Source: Octopus vulgaris
Lineage: Eukaryota
NCBI GenBank assembly: GCA_951406725.2
Contig: OX597814.1
Span: forward strand, 145,080,001 to 145,144,000
Direction: 5' to 3'
Length of the DNA stretch: 64,000 nt
In this document: positions 42,162 through 55,582 of the stretch, piece after piece
How the letters are laid out: every line of letters starts with the position of its first letter
Position numbering within the stretch: position 1 is the first letter of the stretch
The notes under the pieces: model-generated
Databases searched by the model: none
What the model saw: only the letters and a program-made list of their open reading frames with translations
What the model was told of the DNA's origin: nothing
Position numbers and translations under genes: made by a program

Positions 42162-43053
42162 AGTGGTAAAACAACTGTTTTGATGCCATTAGCATTAGTT
42201 AGGAAAGAAATAGGCACAACAGAAAATTACTTAAAACTGTGGTGTGTGGAAACTAATACTGAAAAAATAAAGAAGTCGAAAGCACCGAGAACTACCTTAC
42301 GATCTCTTTGTAAAAATGCTTGTAAAAACTGCATTATGTACTGCTGTTTTTGATTTTTATCTTTCACTTGTTTCAGTCATTTCACTGCGGCCATGCTGGT
42401 GCACTATTTTGAAGTTTTAGTCAAATCTATCGACCCTAATATTTGTATTTTTGAAAGCCTGGTACTTGGTCTATCGGTCTCTTTTGCTAAACAGATAACC
42501 TACGGGGACGTAAACACATCAGCACCGGTTGCCAAGCGGTGGTGAGGGACACACACACACAAGTATATATATACAAGGGTACTACAAGGGTACTACAATG
42601 AGTACCTATATCGCTAATGATAGAAGTAAAAAATACTTCTGTACCACCGAATAGTCACAAATCTATTACTGACAAGATAGGAAAAATATCAGTGAACAAT
42701 AAAAATGTCTTACCTCAAATGGGTCAGAACAAGTAAATGCTGGTCAACCTGGTACCGGTTTCGAAATTATATATATATATATATATATATATCAGGAACT
42801 ACCCACCTTCACTTATTGACATATGCATTCAACGTGCCCTTCAACTCAACATCCAGGAACTCAGACATCCCAAATCAAAGAAAAATTTACGACCAAAACC
42901 CTTACCATACATCTCCAAACACAACCCTCTCAACATTGAAGCCTTCGACACCATTCTCCAAAAACATACCCCTGCTAAAAAAAGACCACAGAATGAACAC
43001 AATCCTCCAAACACACACGATCATAAAAAGCAAGAGACATCCAGCCTAAATCT

Positions 43054-43545
43054 ATGAAAAGTCTTCTAACACAATCCCAAATACACTCTACAACACAGAA
43101 GCCGACAGTAAAAAAATGTGGAAGACCCGATTGCGGGATATGCGATTATCTAATTGAAGGATCAGAGTTCTCCTTCAAACAGGGACAACGGTTTACAGTG
43201 AAAAGCAACTTCACATGTGCTTCGGATAACCTAATATACACACTAACCTGCTCTGGGTGTCAAGAGCAGTACATAGGCCAAACGAAAAATAGTTTGCGTA
43301 AAAGAATGGCCCTGCACAGATCCCAGATAAAAATTCCCCAAAACAGAAAAATAATATTCAGCCAACACATAGATACTTGCGCCAACAACAAAACACCAAA
43401 CTTCAGGATTTTCCCCCTCTACCAATTCAGAGACGATACAACCTCGAGCCAACGAATAAGTAAAGAAACTCTCATTATTACAAAATACAAGTCCCTTCTG
43501 AACGGGTCTACGACAAACGATATATTGCCCTCTGCTTTAGAATAA
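43054..43545 (+). pseudogene. GIY-YIG endonuclease domain of a Penelope-like ORF (open remnant; upstream part frameshifted)
   Basis: LIY...YIGQT, LRKRMALH, H..TC and R...E motifs. Confidence 0.9.
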
Positions 43546-44158
43546 CACAAATACACACGCAAATATTACATTCCTAAGAATCCACTACAAATCATCCCCA
43601 ATCACAGCTATAACCCATAACGTACCAACTTTAAGTCATACAACACCTCACTACTACCACTCATTCATATTCTCCCTCCTCTTTCTTCTTCTTCCCCTTC
43701 TTCTTCATCATCATCATCATCATCATCTACTTCCTCTTCTTCTTCTTCTTCAGCATCATCATCATCTTTCATTCTTCTTCTTCTTCAGCATCATCAACAT
43801 CGTCATCTTCTTCTTCTCCCCCTTCTACTTCCTAACTTTATCACTAATGCTTTTTAGTATAACACCTACGCAAATTCTATAGACAGACCCTTCAATAGAA
43901 ATACTTTCATGAACTGCTAGCCGCCGCTGACCATTCAAAATACAACAATCAAGGCACTCCCAAAATTCCCCCCTCCTCCTCATCATCCTTCTTCTTCCTC
44001 CCTACCAAGAATTCACAACGACCTCGAACCCACAAGTGTGAACAAGAGAGACAGAGCAAGGCAGAAACAAGGAAAATGCCACTTATATTTGAACGCTATA
44101 CAAATATTCCTTTAAAAAAACATTTCTTTTAATTTTTCTAAATTTAATTATTTAATCG

Positions 44159-44202
44159 TTACAGTTGAAAAGGTCTCAAAATGACTCAAACCAGTACTGA
44201 AA
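44159..44202 (+). ncRNA. Decayed U3-A8 hammerhead motif
   Basis: CAG-TTGAAAA-GGTC tcaaaat GACT-CAAA-CCAG-TA-CTG. G12 is replaced by C, so this copy is predicted inactive. Confidence 0.55.
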
Positions 44203-44249
44203 TGTTCTTTATAAAATTATTTTAGCATTTTCTATTTTGACTTATTTTG

Positions 44250-44286
<37 letters not shown>

Positions 44287-44912
44287 TATCTGTGTGTAGG
44301 ACGGGTTTCTTTCAATTTCCGTCTGCTAAATGTACTCATAAGGCTCTGGTCAGCTTGAGGTTATAGTAGAAGACACTCGCCTAAGGTGCCACGCTGTGGA
44401 ACTGAGCCCTGAATCATATGGTTGGGAAGGAAGCTTCTTACCACACGGCCACGCCTGCGCCTGTATAATTAAATTGCTTAAATCTGCTTTAGAGAAGTGA
44501 GAATTTTGATAGTAGAATCACATATCGTCTAAATAGAACTAAAATATTGTTTCCGTGTAAAACGTCTTCGCAGTGAATTTGATAAGTATGAAATGGATTT
44601 TTATTTAATGTAATATAATGTTGGAAAATGTAATAAAACAATAAAATGACTGGTGTCATACCACCATATAGGAAGATACATTTGATATATGTATATATTT
44701 ACTATAACGGGTATAATATAACTTTATTTTCTAGTGTCTTTTCAGTATATTTCATTATATTATTACTCTAAACATGAATTCATTTCATGTCTATAGAATT
44801 CCCTGCTATGATGCTTTACATGAAAGAGAATATTTTTATATTAGATTCGTGAAATTTTTAACTTACTACAAGTTACTATCTATCACACACGCACACACAC
44901 GCACATAGAGTT

Positions 44913-44958
44913 AATAGTAACGTCAAAGTTTCGGCTTAGTTGCCTTCGTCAGACTTTC
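44913..44958 (-). ncRNA. Minimal type I hammerhead motif in a ~105-bp island within (CA)n
   Basis: Minus strand: AAAGT-CTGACGA-A-GGC aactaa GCC-GAAA-C tttgac G-TT-ACTAT, with an extra A after the core. Confidence 0.72.
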
Positions 44959-45035
44959 TGAAATACATTTGATACTTTACTTAATGGTATTGAGTGATCC
45001 TTTAGTTAATGTTCACACACACAGAGAGACACAGA

Positions 45036-45106
<71 letters not shown>

Positions 45107-47037
45107 TACATATAGGATGTTTTAAGTCAAACGAATGAGAAACGAATGCTCAGTACATGCTACAGAGGAAATGACATTTTATTCCAACTGAAGCTGAGAG
45201 CTTGCCTCGCTACCCGATTTTGAATAAAAATTATATATATACTTACATACATACATACATATACATACATACACACACACACACACACAGAGAAACACAC
45301 ACACACGCACACACATACACACACATATATAATAGTTAAACAGGACGTCAAACATTAAGGCGTGGCAAATATCTCAAGTCATATACGATATTATTATAGG
45401 AAGAAATTAGAAATTCACACATGCACACAATCTAGAACTGCCAAATTCGAGGGCATGATATTTTAGTTGCTCGATCGAATCAGTGGCTGAGCAATTAGTA
45501 GATAGTATACCCTTATTGTATTTGTCGGGTGATGCTGGGTATCACAGTATGACACTATGTGACAGGGCTAGGCTTATGCTTTATAGTTACAATCCATTTG
45601 AAGGGCTTCCACGCAGTTTCCGTCTATACAGTTTTACTTGTAAAGCATACGTCGACTTGAAGCTACAATAAAATATACTTGTCCTAAATTCTACACGGTG
45701 GTATGGAACTCCGGACCTGATAATCGAGAAGTGATTCAAAACTGTACTTAAAGTAAGAACAAGTTTAAAAAGAAAATCTATCAAAATATCAAAGCAAAAG
45801 CAAGAAGTACCACAAAAAATCACGATATATGCACCAAAATATAAGAAATCATTATAATGATTCTACTTGCAGAGGGGGCCACAATATAGAAATAATTTGT
45901 TTGCCCTCAGGAAATTCTTGTAAAATGTCAATTATTATTCTAATTGATATTGACATTTCTTTTTCTTTTTCATTTATACAATACTCTATTATTTAACGAG
46001 GCAAGAAGGAAGCCTGTAGGCGGTAATGTGATCTGCCAGAAATAGCTGTCAAATATCCCTCAGATTATTTCCTGCCGTCTTTAAACAGTAGAAGAATATA
46101 TTTGGCATACTTCTATTATTGTGTTCTTTACATAGCTTTGGATTGACAAAATGATACTTTAGCTGTCATATATTAAAGCTATATGTAGTCATATGTTACA
46201 ACTATATGCTCAATTAAGGTGAAACAAGAGCAACAAGAAGAAAAAAATACAATAATATATTTAAACTACTCCATTATAATTCTAATAATAATCAGCAGAA
46301 AATGGTATACCTATATAAAGCTTCAGAATTCTATCTGTAGGACAGGTTGACAGGCGGTCGAAAACCTGGTTGAAGGATCCACTAATTATAATCACACATT
46401 GTTGATAATCTGTGTATACAACTAGGAAGATTATACCTCAAAAACTTCAGTTAAAATGTTTGTAAACAGGGATAATATAAAATTAACACGCTAATGTGCC
46501 ATCTCTTAGATTGAGAGTTCTATGGTTAAAGCAGTCTTTGGTCAATAATCCCCCTTCTTTCTTAGACATAAAATATCCATTGTGTACATCACTTTTATAA
46601 AATGAGTACGGTGGTTTGGGTGCCATTTTTAGCAGGTTGATGAGGATGTAGAACCCCCTTCCTTGGTTCGTGGTCCAATTAGCAACTGTATAATTTCTGT
46701 AATAAATTCATGTACATCACTTCGAAAGTGACAGATTCGTTGTGAAATATAGTGATGATATAAGTGATGATATAAAATGCAGTCATATTATACATTTGAT
46801 CATTATTATATTAATTGAAGTTGATATAAGATTATTTAAAAAGAAATGAATGTCTTTCACACACGCGCACACAGTCACACATACGCATCTACAAACACAT
46901 ACATGGATAGATATGTGTTCATTTGGTCGACTCTACACGTCAACAGATTTAAAATTAATAAGATTACTCTTCTATGGTTTTTACCTTAATATAAACCAAA
47001 ACACACACACTCTCTCTGTGTGTCTCCAGAAACAAAT

Positions 47038-47068
<31 letters not shown>

Positions 47069-47954
47069 AACACGTACAAACAAACACACACACACATGTA
47101 TATCGTCTGACATTTCTGATATTGCGACGAATATTTTCTCTAAACATCAGTGTTAATATTTCACAGTATTCTAAATCTTCTACGTTGGACTGCTTTATTC
47201 TAATCTGACATCGGCAGTTTTCTTCGTTTATTTATTTATATCCCTTTTTTTGTTTTATACTGACGACCAAACCGAACACAACATACGCTATTATTATCTC
47301 TTCGTCATCTGCTTTTCATTTTATCCAAGATAATATGATTTACGAAGAAACGAAAAGGAAAAAAAAAAGAAAAATGAAAAGAAACAAGAAATCTAAAAGC
47401 ACGAAGCAAATGAAATAAATTGACTGAAATGAAGTAAATTAAAAATATTTCGCAATCTGAAATGATTAAATTTGAAATGAATTATGAAAAAATATTTAAA
47501 TTCATTTTTATATTGGGTGTGAAATTTTTAATAATAATATCTACCAGAATTAAATTAGCTACCTACGAAGTGAAACATTTTAATTTGCACTAGCTAGTAC
47601 TATGCTGAATAGAAACGAATGAATTTTTTTTTGTTAACGTCAATTGTTGTCTTATTGTTTTGTTAGCATATAACAGTTAGGTAATGGAAGATTTCATAGA
47701 TTTATAAACACAAATACTGACACAAACAAGATTACCATGTCGTTTTGGATTAAGATTTATGTCAGTGATATTACATTAGGAACATTACCAATGTCGCAGA
47801 CTTTCTAAAGCTAGTCTGATACTATTCTGAAAGATTAGTAACCTATTAGTTTTGATTTTAAATCTCATATATAGATTTTGGTGTATAACTGTAGTATACT
47901 GCAGTATTATCACAGTTTAGTAGCTGCACTGTTGATGTTTACTAATTGATAATG

Positions 47955-48168
47955 TTGGTTTCAAGTGTTGGCACAAGGCCAGCAATTCCGGAAGAGTGGG
48001 TAGGTCGATAACATCGACTCCAGTGGTCAACTAGTACTTATTTTATCGATCCCGAAGGATGAAAGGCAATGTCAAAATCGGCGGTATTTGAACTCACAGC
48101 GTAAGGGCAGGCGAAGTGCCACTAAGCATTTTGCCCGGCGTACTAACGATTCTGCCAGTTCGCCGTCT
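47955..48168 (-). mobile_element. SINE family B
   Basis: ggcacaaggccagcaatt...tcgatcccgaaggatgaaaggc...ctaacgattctgccagttcgccg. Confidence 0.85.
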
Positions 48169-48219
48169 TATACCAACTGATACATTGTTACTAAGCTAAA
48201 TATAGAACCCCGCAAAGTG

Positions 48220-48486
48220 GAATCTTTATTACGACCATGATGATCTTATATAGAATAGAACAATACAGGACAAACAAAAGACAAAAATGTTACAGGAGTT
48301 CGAATGATTTAAATATTAAAAATTTACTTAAAAAGTATTTTAAATACCGATTAAATTTTCCTTTAACTAGAACTCTTTTAAAAATAAAACTAACACAAAG
48401 AAAGAAAGAAAAACGAACAAAAAAGTTAAAAGATCGAACCTATAAAGCCAAGCAACGATCTTATCCTTTCATCAATGATTAAGCTG
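48220..48486 (-). mobile_element. Short insertion flanked by a 15-bp direct repeat (probable TSD)
   Basis: GAACCCCGCAAAGTG at 48205-48219 and 48487-48501. The minus strand is T-rich and has AATAAA near its end. Confidence 0.55.
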
Positions 48487-48567
48487 GAACCCCGCAAAGT
48501 GACCCGTGTGGGAATTTGACATTAGAAATAAGAAGAGGCAAAACTACATATCATTCAGTGTTTAATA

Positions 48568-48731
48568 CAGTCATGAGAAAGCTTCGGCATGCGGGCTGCA
48601 AGCGGCACGTGAGACTTTCTGAATGGTATGTATAACAAAAAATTACCTTGAAGTTTTTTAGTAGTGTCACCCATCTGATGATGGGCTATCTCTCATGCAC
48701 CCGCTTCTCAAAATAAATTGCCCATACCTTG
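48568..48731. mobile_element. Degenerate hAT-like MITE
   Basis: cagtcatgagaaagcttcggcatgcgggctgcaagcggc ... aattgcccataccttg. Confidence 0.5.
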
Positions 48732-49629
48732 GACACTCTGCCATTCCTTTCGTCTTCAACAATAACAACACAATACTAAAATTGATGTTTTATAGTCTAA
48801 GGATAATATTTTGGAGGAGGCCATAGTTTATTTAATCAGCTCTTGGTTGGATTGGTATGTATCGTGCTAACGAGGAAGCCTCAACGTAGTTGCTAGGTAC
48901 AGCAGCCAAATCATCCGCAAATTAAATCCCACAGCTTAAAAAATAGATTACATTTAAGATACTGACGCTTTAGTTACAATAGACGTAGAATGTAAATATA
49001 GACAGCAACAAGATTATCTCTGTTGCGTTGTCTTTGATCATAATTCTGCTCGACCATAAGTTTCTTGGGACTAAACAAAACAATGAGAATAATCACTACA
49101 ATCACAACTGGTATTATTTTATCGATGAGTGAAAGGCAAAATAGACTTTGACTGCGTTCGAACTCAGAAATGCAAAGAGACGTATCTAAATTAAACAAAG
49201 CGATTTGTTCGGCGCCCTACCGATTCGGAATCCTTCTCTTTCATCCTAATAATCGGTATTAACAATAGCAGTAGCCGCAGCACCAATAGCAGGATATGGA
49301 ACTAGAAAAGCGGACAGATTAAACACAACGATGCTATTCTAAAAGAAAAGAACTGATATTCTTTCTCTGTTTACAAAACTATCAATCTTCATTACTAACC
49401 TAACATTCGTAAAAATAAAAATACTGATAAAACACGGTAAACAGAGAGGATTGGTGAAGAACAAAAAAGTAAATTTGATCGTTATAAGATAAATCGAATC
49501 TCTTGACGCCAGCCGAACTCTCATGGTGAACAGAAGAAAGATGTCTGTAAGCCTATTAGTTGTTAGGGCCAGTGATATATACGCACTAGAAATTCAAATC
49601 AATCGTTTTATAACTTAACTCGATCATAT

Positions 49630-49631
<2 letters not shown>

Positions 49632-49692
<61 letters not shown>

Positions 49693-49751
49693 ATGTATAT
49701 GATATGTATATGCATTATATGTATATTTATATATGAATATATATGCATATT

Positions 49752-49782
<31 letters not shown>

Positions 49783-49928
49783 GATATGTATATGCATTAT
49801 ATGTATATTTATATATGAATATATATGCATATTTATATATATATATATGTATATATGTATATATATGTATATATACGTATATATATGTATGTATATATAT
49901 ATATGTATATATATGTATATATTTATAT

Positions 49929-49960
<32 letters not shown>

Positions 49961-49989
49961 TTATGTATGTATATATATATATATTTATG

Positions 49990-50031
<42 letters not shown>

Positions 50032-50073
50032 TATATTTATGTATGTATATATATATATATATATATATTTATG

Positions 50074-50110
<37 letters not shown>

Positions 50111-50133
50111 AGAGAGAGAGAGAGAGAGAGAGA
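49632..50133. repeat. Degenerate (TA)n followed by (AG)n
   Basis: Direct reading; includes an internal ~75-bp duplication. Confidence 0.95.
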
Positions 50134-50679
50134 GATAATCATTACTCTGTTTTAACTTGATGTGGCTCACTGTATCTTGGCAAAAGTCCTGATGGAGCCC
50201 AGACAATATTCAAAGGTGGATACGAGTAGCTACGATATTTCTAGAAATTGATAACTTAATGTATTTAATATCAACGTACGTATCCGTTTATTACACTATA
50301 ATCACTTTATCTTTTCATTAAATTATTTGGTGTTTATTGTTTTTATAACATGTTATGGCTATAAAGGCTCCATAAGTGAATTGTAATATAGTATTTTTCA
50401 TCTTTCCTCTTCTCCGCTCCATATTTATTGTTACTTGCAAAGTTGTACTGATGCTATTTGTGCGCATACATAATTTAGTACACAGGAGAGAACTGCATAA
50501 AATATGTATATTTCTCTCTTTAGATGATTTATAAAAAATATTAAACTTGTTAAGCTTGATTTTGTCTGAATAATAATTATTATTTCCAATTATTGATATG
50601 AAAGTTACAGATAGAAAGTTATATTTACTACTTTATAGTCTATGCAAAGCTCCATCATAGTTTGAGAAACAGAACTAAA

Positions 50680-50730
<51 letters not shown>

Positions 50731-50732
<2 letters not shown>

Positions 50733-50905
50733 CGCAGGAGTGACTGCGTGGTAAGTAGCTTGTTTACCAACCACATGGTTCCGGGTTCAGTCCCACTGCG
50801 TGGCGCCATGGGCAAGTGTCTTCTACTATAGCCTTCGGGTCGACCAAAGCCTTGTGAGTGGATTTCGTAGACGGAAACTGAAAGAAGCCCGTCGTATATA
50901 TGTAT

Positions 50906-50968
<63 letters not shown>

Positions 50969-51172
50969 TGTGTGTGTTTGTCCCCCTAGCATTGCTTGAC
51001 AACCGATGCTGGTGTGTTTATGTCTCCGTTACTTAGCGGTTCGGCAAAAGAGACCGATAGAATAAGTACTGGGCTTACAAAAGAATAAGTCCCGAGGTCG
51101 AGTTGCTCGCTTAAAGGCGGTGCTCCAGCATGGCCGTAGTCAAATGACTGAAACAAGTAAAATAGTAAAAGA
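50731..51172 (+). mobile_element. SINE family A, full length and well preserved
   Basis: tRNA-like A box (gtgactgcgtggtaag) and B box (gggttcagtccc), central (TA)n/(TG)n, and a tail of gtaaaa repeats. Confidence 0.88.
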
Positions 51173-51228
<56 letters not shown>

Positions 51229-51399
51229 GTGATCAAATATTAGCACATCTCTATGTCTGTTACTTAGCGGTTGAATAGAATAAGTATTGACAAAAGAATA
51301 AGTTTTATGTAACTCCAGCGTAGTCAAATGACTGAAACAAGAAGACAACCAATACAATTAAATGTGATAATGTAACACAGACCTTAGGAAAGAATAGTT

Positions 51400-51940
51400 T
51401 CATACTTCGGCACATGACCGGTAATTTTAGTGGGAGAGATTAAGTCGATTACATCGATCCCAGTGCGTGACAGGTACTTATTTAATCGACCCCGAAAGGA
51501 TGAAAAGCAAAGTCGACCTCGGCGGAATTTGAATTCAGAACGTAGCGGCAGACGAAATACGGCTACGCATTTCGCCCGGCGTGCTAACGGTTCTGTCAGC
51601 TCGCCGCCTTTTCTAAACGCTGCTAAGCATTTTGTCCGCGGTGCTAACGTTTATGCCAGCTCACCGCCTTCAAAATCATCGGTGCCCAATGATTCTGCCA
51701 GCTCACCACCTTACTATAAGAAATAGTTCTTTCAACTATAGGTACAAGGCCTTAAAAGTTTGGTGAAGGACACCAGTAGGATACATCAACGCCAGTACTC
51801 AACTGGTACTTATTTTACTGAGTTCGGAGAGTGGAAGGCAAAGCTGACCGGCTGAATTTGAGCTTAGAACATAAAGGGCCGGAAGAAACACAACAAATAA
51901 TTCTGTCCGTCACACTAGCAATTCTCCGAGCCTACCGCCT
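51400..51940 (-). mobile_element. SINE family B cluster with triplicated 5' head
   Basis: Copy at 51400-51610, repeated heads (tgccagctcaccgcctt) to 51712, and a second copy at 51725-51940. Confidence 0.8.
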
Positions 51941-53407
51941 AATTATAATATTAAAAAAACTGCAGCACCTCATGTGGTTCGGAATCTGGTAAAGATTAAC
52001 TTTATTTTAGTTCTTTTGTTTAAGTAATTATTTTGCTTGGATTCAGATGATACTTGATTCCAAAAGTTTCATTTTGTTCCAATAGAACAAATTTCTGAAT
52101 CAGTTACGTCTTACATTTTATTTCCTAAATCACAGATTTAAAGAAAATCAAAGTTTCAGCTATGTTTTGAAACATAGTAAAAATGTAGGGTAAAAATAAA
52201 CCAAATAATTTTGTGAATCGATTTCTTCAAATCTGGTTTTAAGTAGAAGCAAGAAACTTGGTGATAGGATTCAATAATTTGTTTTGATTAACAGCTTACA
52301 ACTTTTGCCATTTATAATGGAAATTCATTCTTTGGATTGAAAATAAATTGAAATGATATATTTTTTTCTGCAATAGAATTCAATAGAGCAAGAAAAAATG
52401 CACAAAACTGCAAGCGGCATTCATGTGTAAATGCCAACTATAACATGAACTCTCTTGAGATAATTGTTCAACATTTATCAAACATTATGTGACAAAGCTT
52501 CAATCCGCATAATTGACCGCTAATATACGACTATTGAAGATGGTGAACAATTTTTCAGTAAAATACAATATGGAATATTCTGTAGAATTATGTAAAATAT
52601 TTTTTTTCACTCGAATAATTCAGTATTTTTTGAAAATCCAATAATCAATAAACTGAAATATGAATATTTTGAAATATTTTAGACAAGTCGCCGCAACTCC
52701 AAGCAGTGAAGATGTCAGTTTGGAGATTGCGATAGAGAAAATGAGTACTACCAGGTTCTAAAAAAAAATAATGATATAATGATGATAATAATAAAAAGCC
52801 AGGAATGAACAAGGCTAAAAAAGAAAGAAAAGAAACGAAAAAGGTACCATTAGTGCTGCTCCATGGGTTGTATAGCAAGAGGTGTTGTTGATCTGTCAGA
52901 AGTAGTAAAAAAGGAAAATAATTCATAACTTCTTTTTTTCATGAATTATTACGTATGAAATAAAACGTAGCATCATTTTTTTTCGAAATAACACAATAAA
53001 TAATCTGGTAGATAAAAACATTTTCTTTCATATATATATATGCATATACTTTTTCACTATATAATATAAATAATATTGATAATAATAATAATAGTGATAA
53101 AATATTACACACATAGGTATATATATATATATATATATTAATGCTTGTTTTTATGTGAAGTGATAAAAACATTTAGACATTAAACTGGAGGAAAACCAAG
53201 TACTTTTTAGCAGACTAGATATTTATTAATTTTTTACAAGAAAAATGTTGTGTGTTTCAATGTTTTGGTTTGCGAACCGCCATGAATAAAATGTCATTTT
53301 ATACCTTCAGATCCACATAGATTTTGGTAGGTGAAGGACATTGAAATGAAGATCACCTTTGGTACAGGTGGACAAAGTAACTGCTTGTAGAACAAACGGG
53401 CGGGAAT

Positions 53408-53635
53408 AAGGCGGCAAGCTGGTAGAATCGTTAGCACGCAGGGCGAAATGCGTAGCCGTATTTCGTCTGCCGTTACGTTCTGATTTCAAATTCCGCCGAG
53501 GTCGACTTTAACTTTCATCCTTTCGGGGTCGATAAATTAAGTACCAGTTACGCACTGGGGTCGATGTAATCGACTTAATCCATTTGTCTGTCCTTGCTTG
53601 TCCTCTATGTTTAGCCCCCTGTGGGCAATAAAAAA
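53408..53635 (+). mobile_element. SINE family B, full length
   Basis: ggcggcaagctggtagaatcgttagc...ctttcatcctttcggggtcgataaattaagtaccag...ggcaataaaaaaaa. The core resembles the MetaSINE domain from memory, unverified. Confidence 0.88.
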
Positions 53636-53889
53636 AAAAGCAACGGGCGAGAATGGGAGAAAAGTATAGACTTTTAGGATATAGGTTGATACAATGTTAA
53701 CGTAAAGAAACCTGTATTGGATTTTATTGCTTAGATGTCAGTCAGGTGTGGAAAGTAAATGAATAAACAGATGTGTCAATACAGATCACGATATTCTTTG
53801 TATATAAGGTTGGTTGTTTGTGATATTTCAGAATTTGTTACCAAATATTTTACATTGGGTGGGGAGATATGGAGACTGTTAACCTTATT

Positions 53890-54300
53890 GTGGTAGTGTT
53901 TCGGAAATAGTATTTGTGGAGCAGTTTGAGCATATATTTAGGTTTTCTGGATGTTGATTGTTAGACTAATGCAATCACAGGCATATTTATAGTTTTGATT
54001 GATCCCTGCTGTCCTTTAGCTGAATGAGCTGACGAGTTGTTGTCATCACTTTACTGCAGGTCAGTGACAAGTGTGCATTTGGTCAGTCTTGAGGATAAAA
54101 AATTGGACATATCGAAGCGGTACTTGATACTTGTACCAGATTTCATAAAAAGAATTTCGTGGAACATGACTGCAAATCTACATGACAGCTCTGAATGTAT
54201 TTTGCAAGTAACGAGATATTTAATAACTTAAATGAATAGTACAATGTTCCCTTGCGGGATGAAATTGGTACTTGTAATGAACTGAAGCTTCCAAAGGCCA
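53890..54300 (-). pseudogene. Highly decayed RTE-clade reverse transcriptase fragment
   Basis: Hand translation: RLTKCTLVTDLQ*SDDNNSSAHSAKGQQ.., frameshift, then YACDCISLTINIQKT. This matches the RTE pattern LQYADD...AHS...ACD.FGLTINIKKT. Confidence 0.65.
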
Positions 54301-54419
54301 CAACGAAATGCTTGGTCTATAATTCCATTTATTGCGTTTCATCTTAGATTTACTAGAGCTTAGTATAAGTTGTCTACTGTTACACACACAACGCGCTCAC
54401 AAATATATATGCATATGTA

Positions 54420-54670
54420 CGAGGGGGTGCTGAAAAGTTCCTGGCTTTAAGTGTTTGGGTAAGAAACGGGCGAGAATGGGATACACTTAAGGGTATTGCG
54501 AAAGGCCTGGATGGAAGCCCCACCTTCCGAGATCTTTTACAGAGCTTAGTAAAACTGAAGGGGCGCTGCAATAAATGTGTGAATCTGAGAGGGAAATATG
54601 TTGAATAAAATCATTATTAACTTCTGTATTTTCTTTTACACAAAGCTCGGAACTTTTCAACAGACTATCG
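54420..54670 (+). mobile_element. Mariner-derived MITE
   Basis: TIRs cgagggggtgctgaaaagttcc / ggaacttttcaacagactatcg with TA flanks; C-terminal remnant KLKGRCNKCVNLRGKYVE*. Confidence 0.8.
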
Positions 54671-55182
54671 TACATATACAAACATTTATGTATGCATGCA
54701 TACGTGTATGTATGTATGTATGTATGTATGTATGTATGTATGTATGTATGTATGTATGTATGTATGTATGTATCTCTCTCTCACTATATATATATATATA
54801 TATATATTACTGTTCAAGGTTTACTACAAGATTCACGGGTGTTTTATAAGAGCTCTTCATGATCAATGATATCCTTATTTAAGAACGAAAACGAGGTTAT
54901 TACACTTCAGGAGATATAATATTAATACAGATGGCGATTTGTTAGCTCTCTATTAACTGCCTTAAATACACTCATGTTCGAATATATTGCATGTGTTCAG
55001 CTGTAGCCTCGCGCATATAATAATGTGAAGTAGTTTCTAGAATTTGTATAGATAAGGATGATTTTATGTAATTAAACCAGCATTCATGTGTAGATCGTGC
55101 ATAAAAAAGCATATATGTACCTATACGGACGGAATCTGTAAATAATTCCTTACACACATCCACACACGTACACATATATGTG

Positions 55183-55233
<51 letters not shown>

Positions 55234-55499
55234 AGAGATAATGGTGTCATTGAGACCCGAAGGTGTCAGGTAATGCTGAGTAAATTCCAGATTCGGTAAT
55301 ATTGCGAATAAAGGGTTCAACATTGATTCTATATCAGTGTGTGTGTATATATAAAGGGGGAGAGAGAGTGAGTGAGAGAGAGAAAGAGATATATATAGGG
55401 AGAGCAATGATTATAACGATATAGAACATGGACTCTTGTTCTTCCCCTAAATTTATTTCCTCTTATCTTACAATTTATACAACATATTTTTCTACTCAT

Positions 55500-55582
55500 T
55501 ATGACCTACACGCGTTTCCTCTGCATAGATTGCGGGCATTTGCAGGTGGCACGATTTTCGCTGCAGCTTCTTCAGGGCCACA
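55500..55582 (-). ncRNA. Type I hammerhead motif with extended stem II (related to 2609-2692)
   Basis: Minus strand: TGTGGCC-CTGAAGA-AG-CTGCA...TGCAG-AG-GAAA-CGCGTG-TA-GGTCATA. Stem I is 7 bp including two G-U pairs; there are two mismatches at the base of stem II. Confidence 0.62.

Larger units (their letters stand above)
42792..44251 (+). mobile_element. 5'-truncated Penelope-like element (linker, Cys motif, GIY-YIG, 3' region with decayed hammerhead)
   Basis: RNYPPSLID linker, KCGRPDCGICDY Cys motif and NLIYTLTCSGCQEQYIGQT; both flanks are (TA)n. Confidence 0.9.
42355..44463 (-). mobile_element. SINE family A copy split at its internal microsatellite by a ~1.7-kb Penelope-like insertion
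   Basis: 5' half at 44295-44463 and 3' half at 42355-42560, same strand and correct order. Confidence 0.82.

Noticed and set aside
50155-50215. TTGATGT-GGCTC...GAGCC-CAGA
   Set aside because: A stem is present but too many core positions deviate.
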